From Polyangiales bacterium (GTDB lineage: Bacteria; Myxococcota_A; Polyangia; Polyangiales; JADJQN01): DNA of 64,000 nt. Under the pieces are notes generated by a model. That model did not search any database. It saw nothing but the letters and a program-made list of their open reading frames with translations, and was not told the DNA's origin. The stretch lies in assembly GCA_964202905.1 (NCBI GenBank), contig CAXNJO010000001.1, positions 416,001 to 480,000 on the forward strand, given 5' to 3'. The first letter of the stretch is position 1; each line of letters opens with the position of its first letter. The translations under genes and the position numbers were made by a program. This document shows positions 36,923-48,152 of this stretch, piece after piece.

Positions 36923-37987
36923 ATGAACCACGACGCCTTCTGGAGCGGCAAGCGCGTGCTCGTCACCGGGCACACGGGCTTCAAGGGGGCGTGGCTCTCG
37001 CTCTGGCTCGAGGCGCTCGGCGCGGAGGTGACGGGATTCGCGCTCGCACCACCGACGACGCCGAGCCTCTTCGCGCTCGCGCGGGTCGGCGACGTCGTGC
37101 GCAGCGTGGAGGGCGACGTCCGAGATCGCGAGGCCGTGGCCCGCGTGATGCGCGACGCCGCACCTGAGATCGTGTTGCATCTGGCCGCGCAGTCGCTCGT
37201 GCGCCCTTCCTACGAAGACCCGCTCGGGACGTGGGCGACGAACGTGATGGGCACCGCGCACGTGCTCGAGGCCGCGCGCCACGTGCCCGGGCTGCGGGCC
37301 GTGCTCATCGTCACGAGCGACAAGTGTTACGAGAACCGCGAGTGGGTGTGGGGCTATCGCGAGTCCGACGCGATGGGCGGACACGACCCGTACTCCGCGA
37401 GCAAGGGCGCGGCCGAGATCCTCGCCGCGAGCTGGCGCCGCTCGTTCTTCGGCGACGGCCGGATCGGCGTCGCGACGGCGCGCGCGGGGAACGTGATCGG
37501 CGGCGGCGACTGGGCGCGCGACCGCCTCGTCCCGGACGCGATCCGCGCCTTCTCCGCGCGCACGCCGCTGCGCCTGCGCAACCCGCGCTCGACGCGCCCG
37601 TGGCAGCACGTGCTCGAACCGCTGGGCGGCTACCTGCAGCTCGCGCGCGCGCTCTGCGAGCGGCCCGCGGAGCACGCCGAGGGCTGGAATTTCGGGCCTG
37701 ACGCGGCCGGCACCGCGACCGTCGCGCGCGTGGTCGATGCGCTCGCGACACGCTGGGGCGAAGGCGCGGCGTGGGAGCACGTGGGCGGCGAGGTCCTCCA
37801 CGAGGCGCGCGCGCTCTCGCTCGACTGCGCGAAGGCCCACGCGCAGCTCGGATGGCGCCCGCGCCTCTCGCTCGACGACACGCTCACGTGGACCGTCGCG
37901 TGGTACCGCGCGCTCGCCTCGGGCGCCGACGCGCGCGCGCTCACGCTCGACCAGATCCGCCGCTACGAGAACACCCCATGTCCGTGA
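36923..37987 (+). CDS. rfbG: CDP-glucose 4,6-dehydratase
   Basis: VTGHTGFKGAWL, HLAAQSLVR, TSDKCYEN, DPYSASK, RAGNVIGGGDW, RPWQHVLEPL. Confidence 0.93.
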   Translation: MNHDAFWSGKRVLVTGHTGFKGAWLSLWLEALGAEVTGFALAPPTTPSLFALARVGDVVRSVEGDVRDREAVARVMRDAAPEIVLHLAAQSLVRPSYEDPLGTWATNVMGTAHVLEAARHVPGLRAVLIVTSDKCYENREWVWGYRESDAMGGHDPYSASKGAAEILAASWRRSFFGDGRIGVATARAGNVIGGGDWARDRLVPDAIRAFSARTPLRLRNPRSTRPWQHVLEPLGGYLQLARALCERPAEHAEGWNFGPDAAGTATVARVVDALATRWGEGAAWEHVGGEVLHEARALSLDCAKAHAQLGWRPRLSLDDTLTWTVAWYRALASGADARALTLDQIRRYENTPCP

Positions 37988-39210
37988 GCCCCTGTCGATC
38001 CTGCGGCGCGCCGCTGCGCGTCACCTTCTGCGATCTCGGCCTCTCGCCGCTCTCGAACGCGTTCGTGCGGCCGGAGAACCTCGCGCGCGGCGAGTCGTTC
38101 CATCCGCTGCACGCCTTCGTCTGCGACGCGTGCCTGCTCGTGCAGCTCGAAGAGTTCGAGTCGCCGGAGCGCATCTTCTCGGACTACGTGTATTTCTCGT
38201 CGTACTCCGACTCGTGGCTCGCGCACAGCCGCGCCTACGCGGAGGACGTGAGCGCGTCACTCGGGCTCGGCGCGGAGAGCCTCGTCGTCGAGGTCGCGAG
38301 CAACGACGGGTACCTGCTGCGCTTCTTCGCGGAGCGCGGGATTCCCGTGCTCGGCGTCGAGCCCGCGGAGAACGTCGCCGAGGTCGCCCGGGCGCGCGGG
38401 ATCGAGACGATCTCCCGATTTTTCGGGCAGATCCTCGCGAACGAACTCGTCGCCGCGGGCCGCCGCGCGGACCTGCTCGTCGGCAACAACGTCCTCGCGC
38501 ACGTGCCCGACATCAACGACTTCGTCGCGGGTCTGCGCACCGCGCTCGCGCCCGCAGGCACGCTGACGATGGAGTTCCCGCACCTCCTGCGGCTCATCGA
38601 GCAGGTGCAATTCGACACCATCTATCACGAGCATTTCTCGTATCTCTCGCTGCTCGCGGTCGAGCGCCTCTTCGCGCGACACGGCCTGCGGATCACCGAC
38701 GTGCGCGAGCTCCCCACGCACGGCGGCTCGCTCCGCATCTACGCGACGCACGCCGAGCGCGGCCTCAGCGAGACGCCCGCCGTCGAGGCGCTGCGGGCGC
38801 TCGAGCGTGCCGCCGGGCTGCACCAGCTCGCCACGTACACGCGCTTCGCGGCGCGCGTCGAGGCGTGCAAGCGCAGCGTGCTCCGCTTCCTCATCGACGC
38901 ACGCGAGGCGGGCCAGCAGGTCGTCGGCTACGGCGCGCCCGCCAAGGGAAATACCCTGCTCAATTACTGCGGGGTCCGCGGCGATCTGCTCGCCTACACC
39001 GTCGATCGCAGCCCGCACAAACAGGGGCTCTTCCTGCCCGGCACGCGCATCCCCGTGTTCGCGCCCGAGCGCATCGCCGAGACGCGGCCCGATTACGTGC
39101 TCATCCTCCCGTGGAACCTGCGCGAGGAGATCACCGCCCAACTCGCGTTCATCCGGGACTGGGGCGGACGCTTCGTGACACCGGTGCCCGAGATCCGCGT
39201 CTGGCCATGA
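37978..39210 (+). CDS. NDP-hexose C-methyltransferase (Zn-binding N-terminus, class I SAM MTase)
   Basis: CRSC...CDAC zinc site, EVASNDGYLL, FDTIYHEH, HGGSLR, GYGAPAKGNTLLN, LILPWN. Confidence 0.88.
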   Translation: MSVSPCRSCGAPLRVTFCDLGLSPLSNAFVRPENLARGESFHPLHAFVCDACLLVQLEEFESPERIFSDYVYFSSYSDSWLAHSRAYAEDVSASLGLGAESLVVEVASNDGYLLRFFAERGIPVLGVEPAENVAEVARARGIETISRFFGQILANELVAAGRRADLLVGNNVLAHVPDINDFVAGLRTALAPAGTLTMEFPHLLRLIEQVQFDTIYHEHFSYLSLLAVERLFARHGLRITDVRELPTHGGSLRIYATHAERGLSETPAVEALRALERAAGLHQLATYTRFAARVEACKRSVLRFLIDAREAGQQVVGYGAPAKGNTLLNYCGVRGDLLAYTVDRSPHKQGLFLPGTRIPVFAPERIAETRPDYVLILPWNLREEITAQLAFIRDWGGRFVTPVPEIRVWP

Positions 39211-39740
39211 GGCTCGTCGAGACGCCGCTCGCGGGGCTCTACCGCGTCGAGGCCGAGCCCCACGCCGACGCGCGCGGGCTCTTCGCGCGGGTCTACGACG
39301 AGGCGATCTTCGCCGCGCATGGGCTGCCGACGCGCTGGCCGCAGTGGAACCTCTCGCACAACGCGCGCGCCGGCACGCTGCGCGGGCTGCATTTCCAACG
39401 CGCGCCGCACGAAGAGCCCAAGCTCGTGCGCTGCACGCGCGGCCGGATCTGGGACGTCGCCGTGGACCTGCGCCCCGGCTCACCGACGCGCCTGCACGCG
39501 GTCGCGCTCGAGCTCTCGGCCGAGAGCCGCCTCGCGCTCTACATCCCGCCAGGCTTCGCGCACGGCTTTCAGACGCTCGTGGACGACAGCGAGGTCTCCT
39601 ACCACATGGGCGAGACCCACCACCCCGCGCTCGCCGACGGAGTGCGCTGGGACGACCCCGCGCTCGGCCTCGGGTGGCCCCTGCCGGACCCGATCCTCTC
39701 GCCGCGCGACGCGGCCTACCCGGATCTGCCGCGCGTCTGA
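39207..39740 (+). CDS. rfbC: NDP-4-keto-6-deoxyhexose 3,5-epimerase (RmlC family)
   Basis: DARGLFAR, GTLRGLHFQ, KLVRC.RG.IWDVAVDLR, PPGFAHGFQTL, RWDDP. Confidence 0.9.
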   Translation: MRLVETPLAGLYRVEAEPHADARGLFARVYDEAIFAAHGLPTRWPQWNLSHNARAGTLRGLHFQRAPHEEPKLVRCTRGRIWDVAVDLRPGSPTRLHAVALELSAESRLALYIPPGFAHGFQTLVDDSEVSYHMGETHHPALADGVRWDDPALGLGWPLPDPILSPRDAAYPDLPRV

Positions 39741-39774
39741 GCACCCCGCGTGACGCGCACCACCGCGTCGTACG

Positions 39775-41019
39775 TCACGCCGGAAAACGCGCGAGCGTCC
39801 GCGCCAACGACACCACGCGCACACCGCGCTCGGTGAGACGCGCGCGCCGCGCGGGCTCGACGTCCGCGTCGGTGGCAGCGAAGAGCACACAGTCGGTGAG
39901 CGCGTCGTCGGGCACGCCGTGCCGCACGCGCGCCGCGGCGATCGACGCGAGATAACCGCGAAAATCCGGGCGGATCGAGGCATCGCAGACGACCTGCGCA
40001 GCGCCGGGCGGATCGCCCTCCCCGTGCGCGACGAACCACAGCGCCGCGCGCGCGGCGAGCACGCCGAGCGGCACCGGGAGCAGCGCCTCCTGCCCCAGCC
40101 CACGCAGGCGACACGCGAGCATCCACGTGTCGACGGCATCGCGGTTCCGCGCGAGGCGCACGCGGATCGCGACCGCGATGCGCTGCGCGACGACGACGTC
40201 GATGCGCGCGAGGAGCGCGGCGCGCTCGCTCTCCGAAGGCGGCGGTGTCGCGCGGGCGATCATGTACTCGAGCCCGCCGCGGTAGCGATCCCACGCGACC
40301 TCGACCTCCTCGAGGCCCGCCTGCACGCGCGCGGGACCCTCGAAATGCCGCGAGATCGAGACGTAGAACGGCTCCGACGCGAGCAGCACGTCCCCGAGCC
40401 CGAGGTAGTCGGACGCGTGCACGAAGGCCCAGTAGGCGAGGTCGCTCGGCCGCGGACGCAGCGCGTGCCACGCCGCGCGCCGCACGACGGAGATCTCGGG
40501 GAACGCGCCGTGCCGCAGCACGTGCTCGAGCAACGTGCGCTGGTCGCCGCGCGCGACGAGCACGTCCTCGGGCTGCGCGTAGAACGTGCCCTGCGCCCTG
40601 TCGTCGACGAGGTCGTGGATCCGCCACGGGGCATACGCGGTCACGGTCCGCGGGCTCGCGAGCAGGCGCGTGAGCAACGCCGCGAGCGCGCCGAAATCGA
40701 GGCGATCGTCGTCCGCGAGGTAGACGAGGAAGGTGCCCGCGCCCTGCGAGAGCGCGAAACCCACGTTCGCGTAGGCGCCGCGGTTCTCGGCATGCCGGAA
40801 GACGCGCAAGGGCAGCTGCGACTCGAACTCACGCAACACCGCCGGCGTCTCGTCCGTCGAGGCGTTGTCGCTGACGACCACCTCCGCCGCGAACGGGAAT
40901 CCCGCGAGCCCCTCGACGAGCGTCGGCAGCAGGCCGCGCAGATAGCGCGCGCGCTCGAAGGTCGGGATGCAGAGGCTGACGACGGGCGCCGCGGCCGACG
41001 CCCCCGCAGGCGCGCTCAC
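39775..41019 (-). CDS. GT2-family glycosyltransferase
   Basis: VSLCIPTFERA, VVSDNASTDET, ENRGAYAN, YLADDD. Confidence 0.88.
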   Translation of the reverse strand: MSAPAGASAAAPVVSLCIPTFERARYLRGLLPTLVEGLAGFPFAAEVVVSDNASTDETPAVLREFESQLPLRVFRHAENRGAYANVGFALSQGAGTFLVYLADDDRLDFGALAALLTRLLASPRTVTAYAPWRIHDLVDDRAQGTFYAQPEDVLVARGDQRTLLEHVLRHGAFPEISVVRRAAWHALRPRPSDLAYWAFVHASDYLGLGDVLLASEPFYVSISRHFEGPARVQAGLEEVEVAWDRYRGGLEYMIARATPPPSESERAALLARIDVVVAQRIAVAIRVRLARNRDAVDTWMLACRLRGLGQEALLPVPLGVLAARAALWFVAHGEGDPPGAAQVVCDASIRPDFRGYLASIAAARVRHGVPDDALTDCVLFAATDADVEPARRARLTERGVRVVSLARTLARFPA

Positions 41020-41786
41020 GCGACGCGCTTCAGGTAGCCGTCGGGCGCGACGGTCACGAGCAGCTGATCCTGCACCGCGGTGTCGATGACGAACTCCGGG
41101 TGCGACTTCAGGTACTGGTGCACGGCCGTCTTCGGGTTGTTGCCCGGGCCCCACGGTCGGTCGGGATACATCGCCGCGGGCAGATCCTCGACCACCGTGT
41201 CGAAGACCACGCAGTAGCTGCCGACGCTCGTGAGCGGCGCATACGCCTCGAGCTCCGCGAGGACGTGCTCGTGCGTGTGGTTGCTGTCGAGACACACGAG
41301 CACGCGCTGGTGCCCCGCCGCGAGCGCGCGCACCTGCGCGACGACGTCCGGCGCGACGCTCGAGCCCTCGAGCATTTGCATGTAGCCCGCGAACGGGTGC
41401 GCCTCGATCGCGGCGCGGTTGTGCGCGCGGATGTCGATGTCGAGTCCGAGCACCTTGCGGCGCGAGCGGCGCGGATCGAGCGGCTCGCCGGCGGCGATCG
41501 CGTCCGCGAGGTCGAGCAGCGCGAGCATCGACGCGCTGAACACGAGCGAGCCGCCGTGCGCGATGCCCGTCTCGAGGATGAAGTCCGGCCGCACCGACCA
41601 GATCAGCGCCTGCATCGCGACGAGGTCCTGCGGGTACTGGATGATCGGCCGCGAGAGCCAGGAGAAGTTGTAGGAGTACTTCGATCCGATCGACGCCAGC
41701 AGGAAGTCCCGCGCGGCCTCCTGAAGCGGCGCGTCCTTGCCGGCCGCCGCGATGCGCGCGGCGACCTCGTTCTCGAACTCACCCAT
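41016..41786 (-). CDS. CmcI/cephalosporin-hydroxylase-family protein (probable sugar O-methyltransferase)
   Basis: YNFSWLSRPIIQYPQD, ETGIAHGGS, LDSNHTHEHVLAEL, VFDTVVE, GNNPKTAV. Confidence 0.88.
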   Translation of the reverse strand: MGEFENEVAARIAAAGKDAPLQEAARDFLLASIGSKYSYNFSWLSRPIIQYPQDLVAMQALIWSVRPDFILETGIAHGGSLVFSASMLALLDLADAIAAGEPLDPRRSRRKVLGLDIDIRAHNRAAIEAHPFAGYMQMLEGSSVAPDVVAQVRALAAGHQRVLVCLDSNHTHEHVLAELEAYAPLTSVGSYCVVFDTVVEDLPAAMYPDRPWGPGNNPKTAVHQYLKSHPEFVIDTAVQDQLLVTVAPDGYLKRVA

Positions 41787-42837
41787 GGTCCACCTCGAGG
41801 TAGCGATGCCGATCTCCCGACATCCGCCGGATCTCCGGCAGATAGACGGAGTTCATGACGTAGATGGCGCTGCCCGCCGGGAGCACCGCGAGGGCCTCCT
41901 CCGGCGACTGCACGCGCAGCCCCGTGGCCGCCAGGTACTTGCCCTGTTTGGCCGGGTTGAGGTCGATGACGACGTCCACCGGACACCCGGCGCGCGCGCG
42001 GAGCAGCGCGAAGATGACGCCCTTCGACGCGCCACCCCACACGACGACCGGCCCCGCTTCCCCGGGCGAGCGCGCGACGCGCCCGAAGTCCGGCGGGAAC
42101 ATGGCGCGATCGGCGTCGTCCGCGCGGGGCGGGCGCAGCGTGGCGAGGTCCGCGACGACGCCGAGGTACTGCCCGCCGAAGAGCCGCTGCGCGGACTCGA
42201 CGCGCCCGAACATGCGGTGAAAATCGGCGAGCCGGAAGTAGTTCACGTGCTCGTAGAAGACGTCGAACCACGCGCGGTGCGCGAGGATCCAGTCGAGGCA
42301 CGGCACCTCGACGTAGATGCGCCCGCTGCCGCCGTTCGCGTCGCGCAGCAGGGCGAGGAACGCGTACGGATCGCGGATGTGCTCGAGCACGTGGCGCAGC
42401 ACGAGACCGCGCGCGCGCAGGCCCTCGCCCGGCCCGAAGTAACGCGCGTGGATGCGCGGATTCCGGCCCTCGTAGGTGGGGTCGAACCCGACGAGGTCGA
42501 AGCCGCGCGACGCGAGCAGCTCGAGGAAATAGCCCTTGCCGCAGCCCACCTCGACGAGCCCCTCGCGGCCGAGCCCGCGCTCGACGACGCCCGCGACCTC
42601 CTCGAGGTGCGCGCGGAACGCGGGGCTCACCGCCTGCTCGTTCTGGTAGTGGCCGTCGTAGACCATGCGCGCGGGATCGAAGGCCGCGTTGAACACGAGC
42701 CCGCTCGACGGATCCTCGACGAGCTCGATGTCGCCGCGCGGGCAGGCGACCGCCTCCGCGGCGGTGTCGTACATCCGATTCTGGAAAATCGGGAACTCGG
42801 GTTGGCGGTAGAGCACGCGCGTCGGGGTGCTGCTCAC
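41779..42837 (-). CDS. Class I SAM methyltransferase, C-methyltransferase-like
   Basis: VEVGCGKG, LRHVLEHI, FYEHVNYF, VWGGASKG, DLNPAKQG. Confidence 0.85.
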   Translation of the reverse strand: MSSTPTRVLYRQPEFPIFQNRMYDTAAEAVACPRGDIELVEDPSSGLVFNAAFDPARMVYDGHYQNEQAVSPAFRAHLEEVAGVVERGLGREGLVEVGCGKGYFLELLASRGFDLVGFDPTYEGRNPRIHARYFGPGEGLRARGLVLRHVLEHIRDPYAFLALLRDANGGSGRIYVEVPCLDWILAHRAWFDVFYEHVNYFRLADFHRMFGRVESAQRLFGGQYLGVVADLATLRPPRADDADRAMFPPDFGRVARSPGEAGPVVVWGGASKGVIFALLRARAGCPVDVVIDLNPAKQGKYLAATGLRVQSPEEALAVLPAGSAIYVMNSVYLPEIRRMSGDRHRYLEVDHG

Positions 42838-43691
42838 GACGCCGCTCCACCCGCAGCCGCCCGGCCACCGCGCACGCCGACGACGCAGGGCGGATCGACG
42901 AGGTTGTCGGGCCGCGCGCCGAAGCGCAGCAGATCCGGTCGGCCGTACTCGGCGGCGATGCGCTCGGCGAGCGCGCGCACCGTGACGCCGACGCCCGAGC
43001 AGACGTTCACCGCGCCGCAGTCGTCGCCGAGCGCGAGATCGACGAGCTGCGCGGCGGCCTCCGCGACGTCGAGGAAGTCGCGGACCTGCGCCCCGCTCGT
43101 GAGCTCCGCGGGCTCCCCCGCCGCGAGGCGCGCGCGCAGGTAGGGCACGAGGCGACGCGCGTCCTCGCCCTCGCCGTGCAGGTAGAAGAGCCGCGCCCAC
43201 GCGAACGCGACGGACTGCGTCGGCAGCCAGTACGCGAGCATCCAGTACGCGCTCGCCTTCGCCGCCGCGTACGGCGTCGCAGGGCGGAGCGGCGTGTCGA
43301 CCGAGAGCGTGCCGCCCGAGAGGTCGTATTCGAAGCAGGTCCCGACGCCGACGACGCGCCGCACGCCGGCGCCCGCCGCCCCGCGCGCGAGCCGCAGCGT
43401 GCCCTCGAGGCAGTCGAGGTTGCGCGGCGAGGCGAGGTAGCGGCCCGGCTCCGCGTACCAGGCGGTGTGCACGACGGTGTCGATGCCGGCGCACGCGCGC
43501 GTCCAGAACGCGGCGTCCTCCGCGAAGAGGTCGGGGGTCGCGACCACCCCCTCGCACGCCGCCGACCCGAGCCGCGCCTCGCTCCCCGAACGCACGACGA
43601 CGCGCACCGACCGGCCGCGCGCGCCGAGCTCGCGCAGCACCTGCCGCCCGACGAAGCCCGTCGCCCCGGTGAGCAGCACGGTGCCCGTCAC
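42834..43691 (-). CDS. NAD-dependent epimerase/dehydratase (probable 4-ketoreductase)
   Basis: TGATGFVG, GTCFEY, YAAAK, RLFYLHG, QVRDFL. Confidence 0.88.
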   Translation of the reverse strand: MTGTVLLTGATGFVGRQVLRELGARGRSVRVVVRSGSEARLGSAACEGVVATPDLFAEDAAFWTRACAGIDTVVHTAWYAEPGRYLASPRNLDCLEGTLRLARGAAGAGVRRVVGVGTCFEYDLSGGTLSVDTPLRPATPYAAAKASAYWMLAYWLPTQSVAFAWARLFYLHGEGEDARRLVPYLRARLAAGEPAELTSGAQVRDFLDVAEAAAQLVDLALGDDCGAVNVCSGVGVTVRALAERIAAEYGRPDLLRFGARPDNLVDPPCVVGVRGGRAAAGGAAS

Positions 43692-43923
43692 GCGGCCCCC
43701 ACGCGCCCGCGCCGCGCCGACGACGCGCGCGCGACGCCGCCCGCGCGACGCCCGACCCCGACGTGTGCAGCACCCACGTCGTGGAGGCTCCCCCGCCCCC
43801 CGGCGCCGGTCAAAGAAAGGGCATCACGCCCGCAGCCGCGGGTGACACGACCCCAACGTGCGGCTGCGCAGGGCGACCCGGCGCGTGGCCCGCGCCGGGG
43901 CAGCGGGGTAGTCTCGCGACCCC

Positions 43924-45012
43924 ATGACGCGCGTCGCCAACTTCAACCCCGGTCCCGCCGCACTGCCCCTCTCCGCGCTCGAGCTCGCGCGCGACGAGCT
44001 GCTCGATTTCGAGGGCACCGGCATGTCGATCCTCGAGCACTCGCACCGCGGCCCCGTCTACATGAAAGTCCACGAGGAGGCGACGGCGCTGCTCCGCGAG
44101 CACGCGCGCATCCCCGCCGACTTCGACGTGCTCTTCCTGCAGGGCGGCGCGTCGCAGCAGTTCGCGGTGGTGCCGATGAACCTGCTGCACCCGGGGCGCA
44201 GCGCGGATTACGCGATCACCGGGGTGTGGGCCGAGAAGGCCTTCGCCGAAGCGAAGAACCTCGGCGCGGTGCGCGCCGCGGCCGACACCGGCGCGGGCGG
44301 CCGCTACACGCGCGTCCCGACGCAGGCCGAGCTCGACCTCGACCCGGGCGCCGCGTACTTCCACTACACCACCAACAACACGGTGGTGGGGACGCAGTTC
44401 CACTACACGCCCGAGACGGGCGGCGTCCCGCAGGTGCTCGACATGTCGAGCGACATCCTCTCGTACACGCCGGATTGGTCGAAGATCGGGCTCGTCTACG
44501 CGGGCGCGCAGAAGAACATCGGGCCGACGGGGATCACGGTCGTGATCGTCCGCAAGGACCTCGTCGCGGCGGGGCGCAAGGACATCCCGCTCATCTTCCG
44601 CTACGCGACGCAGGCGAAGGAGCAGTCGCTCTACAACACGATCCCCACCTTCGGCGTGTACCTCATCCGCAACACGCTGCGCTGGGTGTCGGCGCAGGGC
44701 GGCGTGCCCGCGCTGCGCAAGGTCAACGCGGAGAAGGCGCGGCGCTTGTATGGCGCCATCGACGAGAGCGCGGGCTTCTACCGCTGCCCGGTCGAGGTCG
44801 CGTCGCGCAGCGAGATGAACGTCGTGTGGAACCTCCGCACGCCGGAGCTCGAGGCCGCCTTCGCGAAGGACGCGGACGCGCGCGGGCTCGCGGGGCTCAA
44901 GGGGCACCGGATCGTCGGCGGGCTCCGCGCGTCGATCTACAACGCCGTACCGCTCGCCGACGTCGAGCGGCTCATCGCGTTCATGGGCGAGTTCCGCGAG
45001 ACGCACGGCTGA
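43924..45012 (+). CDS. serC: Phosphoserine aminotransferase
   Basis: NFNPGPAALP, EHSHR, LQGGA, DMSSDILS, YAGAQKNIGP, GLKGHR..GGLRASIYNA. Confidence 0.95.
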   Translation: MTRVANFNPGPAALPLSALELARDELLDFEGTGMSILEHSHRGPVYMKVHEEATALLREHARIPADFDVLFLQGGASQQFAVVPMNLLHPGRSADYAITGVWAEKAFAEAKNLGAVRAAADTGAGGRYTRVPTQAELDLDPGAAYFHYTTNNTVVGTQFHYTPETGGVPQVLDMSSDILSYTPDWSKIGLVYAGAQKNIGPTGITVVIVRKDLVAAGRKDIPLIFRYATQAKEQSLYNTIPTFGVYLIRNTLRWVSAQGGVPALRKVNAEKARRLYGAIDESAGFYRCPVEVASRSEMNVVWNLRTPELEAAFAKDADARGLAGLKGHRIVGGLRASIYNAVPLADVERLIAFMGEFRETHG

Positions 45013-45046
45013 GCGACAGAACGCCCATTTTTCCAGCCTTTTCGCG

Positions 45047-45832
45047 CTATGCGGGGTCGAGCACGGCGAACAGCGCGCGCACCCGCGGCGCGCCCAGCGC
45101 GGCGATGACGGGGCGCAGCTCCGCGTCGACGCCGCGCAGCAGCGCGAGCGCCTCGTCACGGCGCCCGAGCGCGTCGAGCGCGCAGGCCTGCACGACGGTG
45201 GCGTCGCGCGCGAGGTCGGCGTCCGCGGCGGCGCCGGCCGCGATGCGCACCGCGACGCGCAGCGCGGGCTCGGCCCCACCGCGCTCGATCTCCACCTGCG
45301 CCTCGAGGAGATCGAGGCGCACGTCGAGCTCGTCGTCGCCGCACGTGAGCGGGCGCCCGGTGAGCGCGTCCTTCGCCGCGTCGGGCGCGCCGCGGCGCAG
45401 CGCGATCTCGGCGCGCGCGTGGCGCACCACGGCCGCGTCCACGGCGGGCAGCGCGGCCACGTCGACGTCGGCGAGCACGTCGGCGGCTTCGTCGCTCTGA
45501 CCGTCGGCGTCGAGCAGCTCGGCGAGCGCGACGCGGAGACACGCGCGGTCGGTGGTGTCACGCGACGCCGCGAGACGCGACCGCAGCGAGCCGATGGCGG
45601 CGGGCCGCAGCGACGGCTCGAGCAGCGCGTCCTCCCACTGCGCGTCGAGGCGGGCGCGCGCGCGGCGCCGGCGCCAGCGCAGCACCTCGATCAGCGCGAG
45701 CAGCGCGCTGACACCGAGCGCGACGGGGATCATCACCCACGCGAGGCCGCGCGGCGCGAGCAGGCGGTACGCGCCGAACGCGAGGACGGCGACGAAGACG
45801 ATCCGCAGCACGCGGAGACCTGTGCGTTTCAC
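45047..45832 (-). CDS. Hypothetical protein, two N-terminal TMs plus TPR-like helices
   Basis: Hydrophobic N-terminal pair and Ala/Leu-rich helical C-terminus; GTG start approximate. Confidence 0.6.
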   Translation of the reverse strand: MKRTGLRVLRIVFVAVLAFGAYRLLAPRGLAWVMIPVALGVSALLALIEVLRWRRRRARARLDAQWEDALLEPSLRPAAIGSLRSRLAASRDTTDRACLRVALAELLDADGQSDEAADVLADVDVAALPAVDAAVVRHARAEIALRRGAPDAAKDALTGRPLTCGDDELDVRLDLLEAQVEIERGGAEPALRVAVRIAAGAAADADLARDATVVQACALDALGRRDEALALLRGVDAELRPVIAALGAPRVRALFAVLDPA

Positions 45833-45960
45833 GGCAGCGGACCCGTAGCAGACGCGCGCGCGCAGGCACGCGGGTGGTGGCCTCGAGGCGCGCGAACCCA
45901 TGAAAATAGGGGCTTCCGTCGATGGACGGCCGCCGTCGGCGAGACTAGCTTGCGGCGACG

Positions 45961-48065
<2,105 letters not shown>

Positions 48066-48152
48066 GTCGCGCCCGCGCGACGTGCGATCGCGCAGGATCG
48101 CGGCATGTCGCCACCTTGAGAGGCCGGAGCGGTGCACCTAGACTCGGGCGGC

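Noticed and set aside
36124..39740. 3,6-dideoxyhexose (abequose/tyvelose-type) O-antigen pathway
   Set aside because: The required C3 dehydrase/reductase (ddhC/ddhD) is absent; a C-methyltransferase follows rfbG instead.
41016..41786. Beta-lactam (cephamycin) biosynthesis, suggested by the CmcI family name
   Set aside because: No other beta-lactam genes; the context is sugar modification.
34648..43691. Genomic island integrated at tRNA-Ala
   Set aside because: No integrase or transposase, no duplicated tRNA 3' end seen, and composition is similar to the flanks. An old acquisition cannot be excluded.
45833..45960. LexA/SOS box upstream of uvrB
   Set aside because: No convincing match to a LexA motif that I can support.
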